Shown here in pieces: positions 55,567-57,867 of a DNA stretch of 57,867 nucleotides (positions are counted from its first letter, which is position 1; every line of letters begins with the position of its first letter). Under the pieces are notes generated by a model that was given only the letters and a program-made list of their open reading frames with translations, searched no databases and was not told where the DNA came from. The translations under genes and the position numbers were made by a program. The DNA is from a virus: positions 1-57,867 of the IMG/VR virus record IMGVR_UViG_3300028534_000013; one strand, 5' to 3'.

Positions 55567-56520
55567 TTATTTGTTTTCAACTGGTTCATAAACAATATCA
55601 TCATCTTCAACTATTTCATAGTCAACTATGGTTTGCGCTTTTCCTACCAAATGGTCAGGCAATTTGGCCGTTGTTGTTAATTTTAATTTTTCAACAAGCT
55701 CTTCAGGAATATCTTTTTTAGACACTTTAACATATCCTTTTTTAAGCTCATATTCAACGCCCATATCATCTAAAGCCATTTGTAGAGTAATCTTTTTTTC
55801 GACCTCTTGATTTAATTCTTCAATCGCTTCATATGTACTGTCTACTTTTTCGCTTTTTTCAATTTCTTCGATTGTAGCGTAATTTTCGTTATCTATTTCT
55901 GTTGCATATCTCAATGATTCTGGAACAGGAATCATTTTAACCAATCTTTTTAATGGAACTTTTTTTGCTACTTCATCAAACCAAGTATCCCATACGGTGT
56001 GTTTTCCTTTTGATTTTATTTTTGCAGCTTTTTTAGCTTCGTTAAGCTCGTTTAAATTGGCGGTTGAAATTACAACTTCACCGTTTGGCAAAACTCCTCT
56101 TGCATATGCCCCTATAATTTTGTTGTCAGTATTAAAAGGGTTAACTGTATGTTTTATTTCCGTTTTCCCGTTGTCTATATTTATTTGAAAGTTTTCACCT
56201 TCTCTCACAACATACGCATCTACCAATTTGAAAACCCCATATTCAATAAGTTTTTTTGGCCAAAATGTATATTTTTGTTCAATCTTGATTGTGCCGTTAT
56301 ATACTATGATATAAATATCATCTACAGCTGACAACTCTGGGTCTGCTGTAACAATTTTAAGTATAGTGTTTAAAACAGCTTCTTTGGGCGGAATCTCTTT
56401 TTGATAGATTTTATTTAAAAGCAACGAAAGTTTGTTTTTTTTTAGAGCATCGACTTTCAAATCAAGCTCTTTTACCACATCTTCTACATTTAATTTACCG
56501 TTATTGTTTCTTGCAGCCAT
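55567..56520 (-). CDS. recT: RecT-family single-strand annealing protein
   Basis: AYVVREGENF, IIGAYA, VWDTWFDEVAKK..KRLVK. Confidence 0.85.
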   Translation of the reverse strand: MAARNNNGKLNVEDVVKELDLKVDALKKNKLSLLLNKIYQKEIPPKEAVLNTILKIVTADPELSAVDDIYIIVYNGTIKIEQKYTFWPKKLIEYGVFKLVDAYVVREGENFQINIDNGKTEIKHTVNPFNTDNKIIGAYARGVLPNGEVVISTANLNELNEAKKAAKIKSKGKHTVWDTWFDEVAKKVPLKRLVKMIPVPESLRYATEIDNENYATIEEIEKSEKVDSTYEAIEELNQEVEKKITLQMALDDMGVEYELKKGYVKVSKKDIPEELVEKLKLTTTAKLPDHLVGKAQTIVDYEIVEDDDIVYEPVENK

Positions 56521-56540
56521 TTCTTTCTCCTTGTGTTATT

Positions 56541-56933
56541 TTAGTATTCTGGTAAATATTTAGGTCTTTTCCCTTTATTTGCCCACCTGTCTTTAATATT
56601 TAGCGATTGATTAACCCATTCTAAATTTTTTATTTGATAATCGCTTCTATTTCCGTTTTTATGGTTTACTATATTATAGTCAGGTTTTGGTTTTGGTAAA
56701 AATGTTTCTGCAACCGCTCTGTGTATTTTTACCTCATGTTTTTTCCCGTCCGACATAAGAGTTACCTTTGGATATCCCATCCATGTTCTTCCTTTTAGTA
56801 TCTTCTTCGTTTTAGCATTTCTTATTCCCAAGAAGGGATGAACTTCATAATTGTTAAATTTCTCAAGCTTTTTCCATTGAGCTGAAGATACCGAATGTAG
56901 AGATAGATGGGATGTTTCTACCTGTTGTCCCAT
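56541..56933 (-). CDS. HNH endonuclease (NUMOD4/HNH type)
   Basis: GY.KVTL, IHRAVAETFL, VNHKNGNR, NLEWV...N. Confidence 0.85.
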   Translation of the reverse strand: MGQQVETSHLSLHSVSSAQWKKLEKFNNYEVHPFLGIRNAKTKKILKGRTWMGYPKVTLMSDGKKHEVKIHRAVAETFLPKPKPDYNIVNHKNGNRSDYQIKNLEWVNQSLNIKDRWANKGKRPKYLPEY

Positions 56934-57280
56934 CTTGCTTTACCTTCTCTAACATCTACGTGAGTTCTGCCAATATATCTTCCTATTCCGTACTTGTCAG
57001 GATATTTGCTTTCAAGATAATCTGCAACCGCATCTTGGTTTTCCCCTAAACTCAAAACCACAAAATCGCATGCCATTCCTTTTTTATGCATCGAGTTAGG
57101 GCTTCCGCCTATTTCTTTGTTATGCTTGTCGCATCTGCATCCAGAATTTATTTTAATAGGGGAATTAAAGTGAGCCCTTACATCCTCTAAAACCTCTAAA
57201 AGTTCGCTATCCATAGCGGCAAAACCACATCCACACTTACAAGCAAATTCGCTTCTTTTAAAATGCCCTTTACTATACAT
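56918..57280 (-). CDS. Peptidase M15A endolysin
   Basis: HFK.SEFACKCG, INSGCRC..HN..IGG..NSMH..G.ACD, HVDVR. Confidence 0.9.
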   Translation of the reverse strand: MYSKGHFKRSEFACKCGCGFAAMDSELLEVLEDVRAHFNSPIKINSGCRCDKHNKEIGGSPNSMHKKGMACDFVVLSLGENQDAVADYLESKYPDKYGIGRYIGRTHVDVREGKARWDNR

Positions 57281-57297
57281 GTGTATCCTTTTTGTGT

Positions 57298-57306
57298 AAT
57301 TATAAC
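57298..57306 (-). promoter_or_regulatory. Extended -10 promoter TGTTATAAT for endolysin-HNH-recT operon
   Basis: Perfect TGnTATAAT upstream of RBS. Confidence 0.55.
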
Positions 57307-57435
57307 ACAAAAATAAAAGTCACTTTTTAATATTAAAAATATCATGTATTTTTTTAGAGGTTATAAGAATGGAGTATTTAATTGAATATATCCAAAAAAT
57401 AAATCTTGAATTTCTAACGTCAGACAGGAAAAGAA

Positions 57436-57630
57436 CTACTTTCCCTTGCGTTTCTTTTGCAACAAAAGTTTATATTTTTTAATTCTTTCATTTATAAACT
57501 TTTTATCCTCGTTAATTACACCAAAAATAGACATAAATTTTCTAAAATATGCAGTTTTAAGAAGAGATTTAAGTTCGTCTTCTGTATATCCGTTTTGTCT
57601 TGCAATAGCGTCTTTTTCTTTAAGAGTCAT
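57436..57630 (-). CDS. Small basic hypothetical protein
   Basis: AAGGA RBS, ATGA overlap. Confidence 0.6.
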   Translation of the reverse strand: MTLKEKDAIARQNGYTEDELKSLLKTAYFRKFMSIFGVINEDKKFINERIKKYKLLLQKKRKGK

Positions 57631-57867
57631 TTCTTAATCCTTTTTTTTATTTTTACAAATTCTACACTATTTTCCCATTTGTCCGCAACAAGATACCTTA
57701 TTGCTTTTATCATGTTTCTTATGTTTGCGGCATACGCTTTTGCTTGAGCGCTTTTATAATGTATGCCGGCATTGTATGATGCCCATATAGACATCCAGTT
57801 ATTCTCACCTCTTACTTTTTGCCAATATCTTATTTCAGCAACCGCTTCCGTAAAGGCAAAATCAAGG
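57627..57867 (-). CDS. Lytic transglycosylase (SLT-like), C-terminal part only
   Basis: Hand-translated: EIRYWQKVRGENNWMSIWASYNAG..AYA; YNAG motif. Confidence 0.65.
   Translation of the reverse strand, partial: LDFAFTEAVAEIRYWQKVRGENNWMSIWASYNAGIHYKSAQAKAYAANIRNMIKAIRYLVADKWENSVEFVKIKKRIKK

Larger units (their letters stand above)
1..57867. mobile_element. Segment of a large phage genome with plasmid replicon (putative phage-plasmid)
   Basis: Portal-like gene, holin, endolysin, RecET, DnaB/DnaG and dense small-ORF region together with Rep_3 plus iterons; no host housekeeping operons. Confidence 0.8.

Noticed and set aside
56541-56933. HNH as part of a group I intron
   Set aside because: Flanking genes look complete and there is no non-coding room for an intron core
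228-57747. Many plus-strand ORFs in the track (e.g. 3467-4045, 5152-5652, 13360-13839, 53822-54250)
   Set aside because: Antisense shadows of RBS-supported minus-strand genes, rich in S/F/L; only 42603-43034 and 44213-44947 kept
1-57867. Stop-codon recoding as the cause of many short ORFs
   Set aside because: Short ORFs have their own RBS, and conserved proteins end at natural positions with TAG (M15 peptidase) and TGA (kinase)

Overview
AT-rich, densely coding segment of a large tailed-phage genome that also carries a plasmid-type replicon, i.e. most likely a jumbo phage-plasmid. Almost all real genes lie on the minus strand with AAGGAG ribosome-binding sites and extended -10 (TGnTATAAT) promoters; this, with E/K-rich proteins, suggests (inference only) a Campylobacterota host, perhaps a thermophilic vent lineage. 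1-33.4 kb: about 75 small, mostly acidic early/host-takeover ORFs including ArdA, an MmcB-like nuclease, three YopX-domain proteins, HTH proteins and a ThyX-like/DUF3310/HAD nucleotide cassette, plus two compact promoter-to-terminator sRNA candidates and a likely -1 frameshift. 33.5-40.6 kb: virion module (portal-like protein and proteins with many K-x-A motifs). 41.1-42.4 kb: Rep_3 initiator with four 16-bp iterons. 44.9-47.4 kb: a coupled four-gene operon (membrane protein, stand-alone receiver, histidine kinase with an EndoIII-type CX6CX2CX5C motif, 3TM-family holin), the best candidate for an undescribed system: a sensory, possibly redox-responsive, lysis control. 47.5-57.9 kb: SSB, GroEL-like chaperonin, DnaG, DnaB, RecE/RecT, HNH, M15 peptidase and a truncated lytic transglycosylase. 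All calls come from motif reading by eye; no searches were run. No tRNA, rRNA or CRISPR array was seen.
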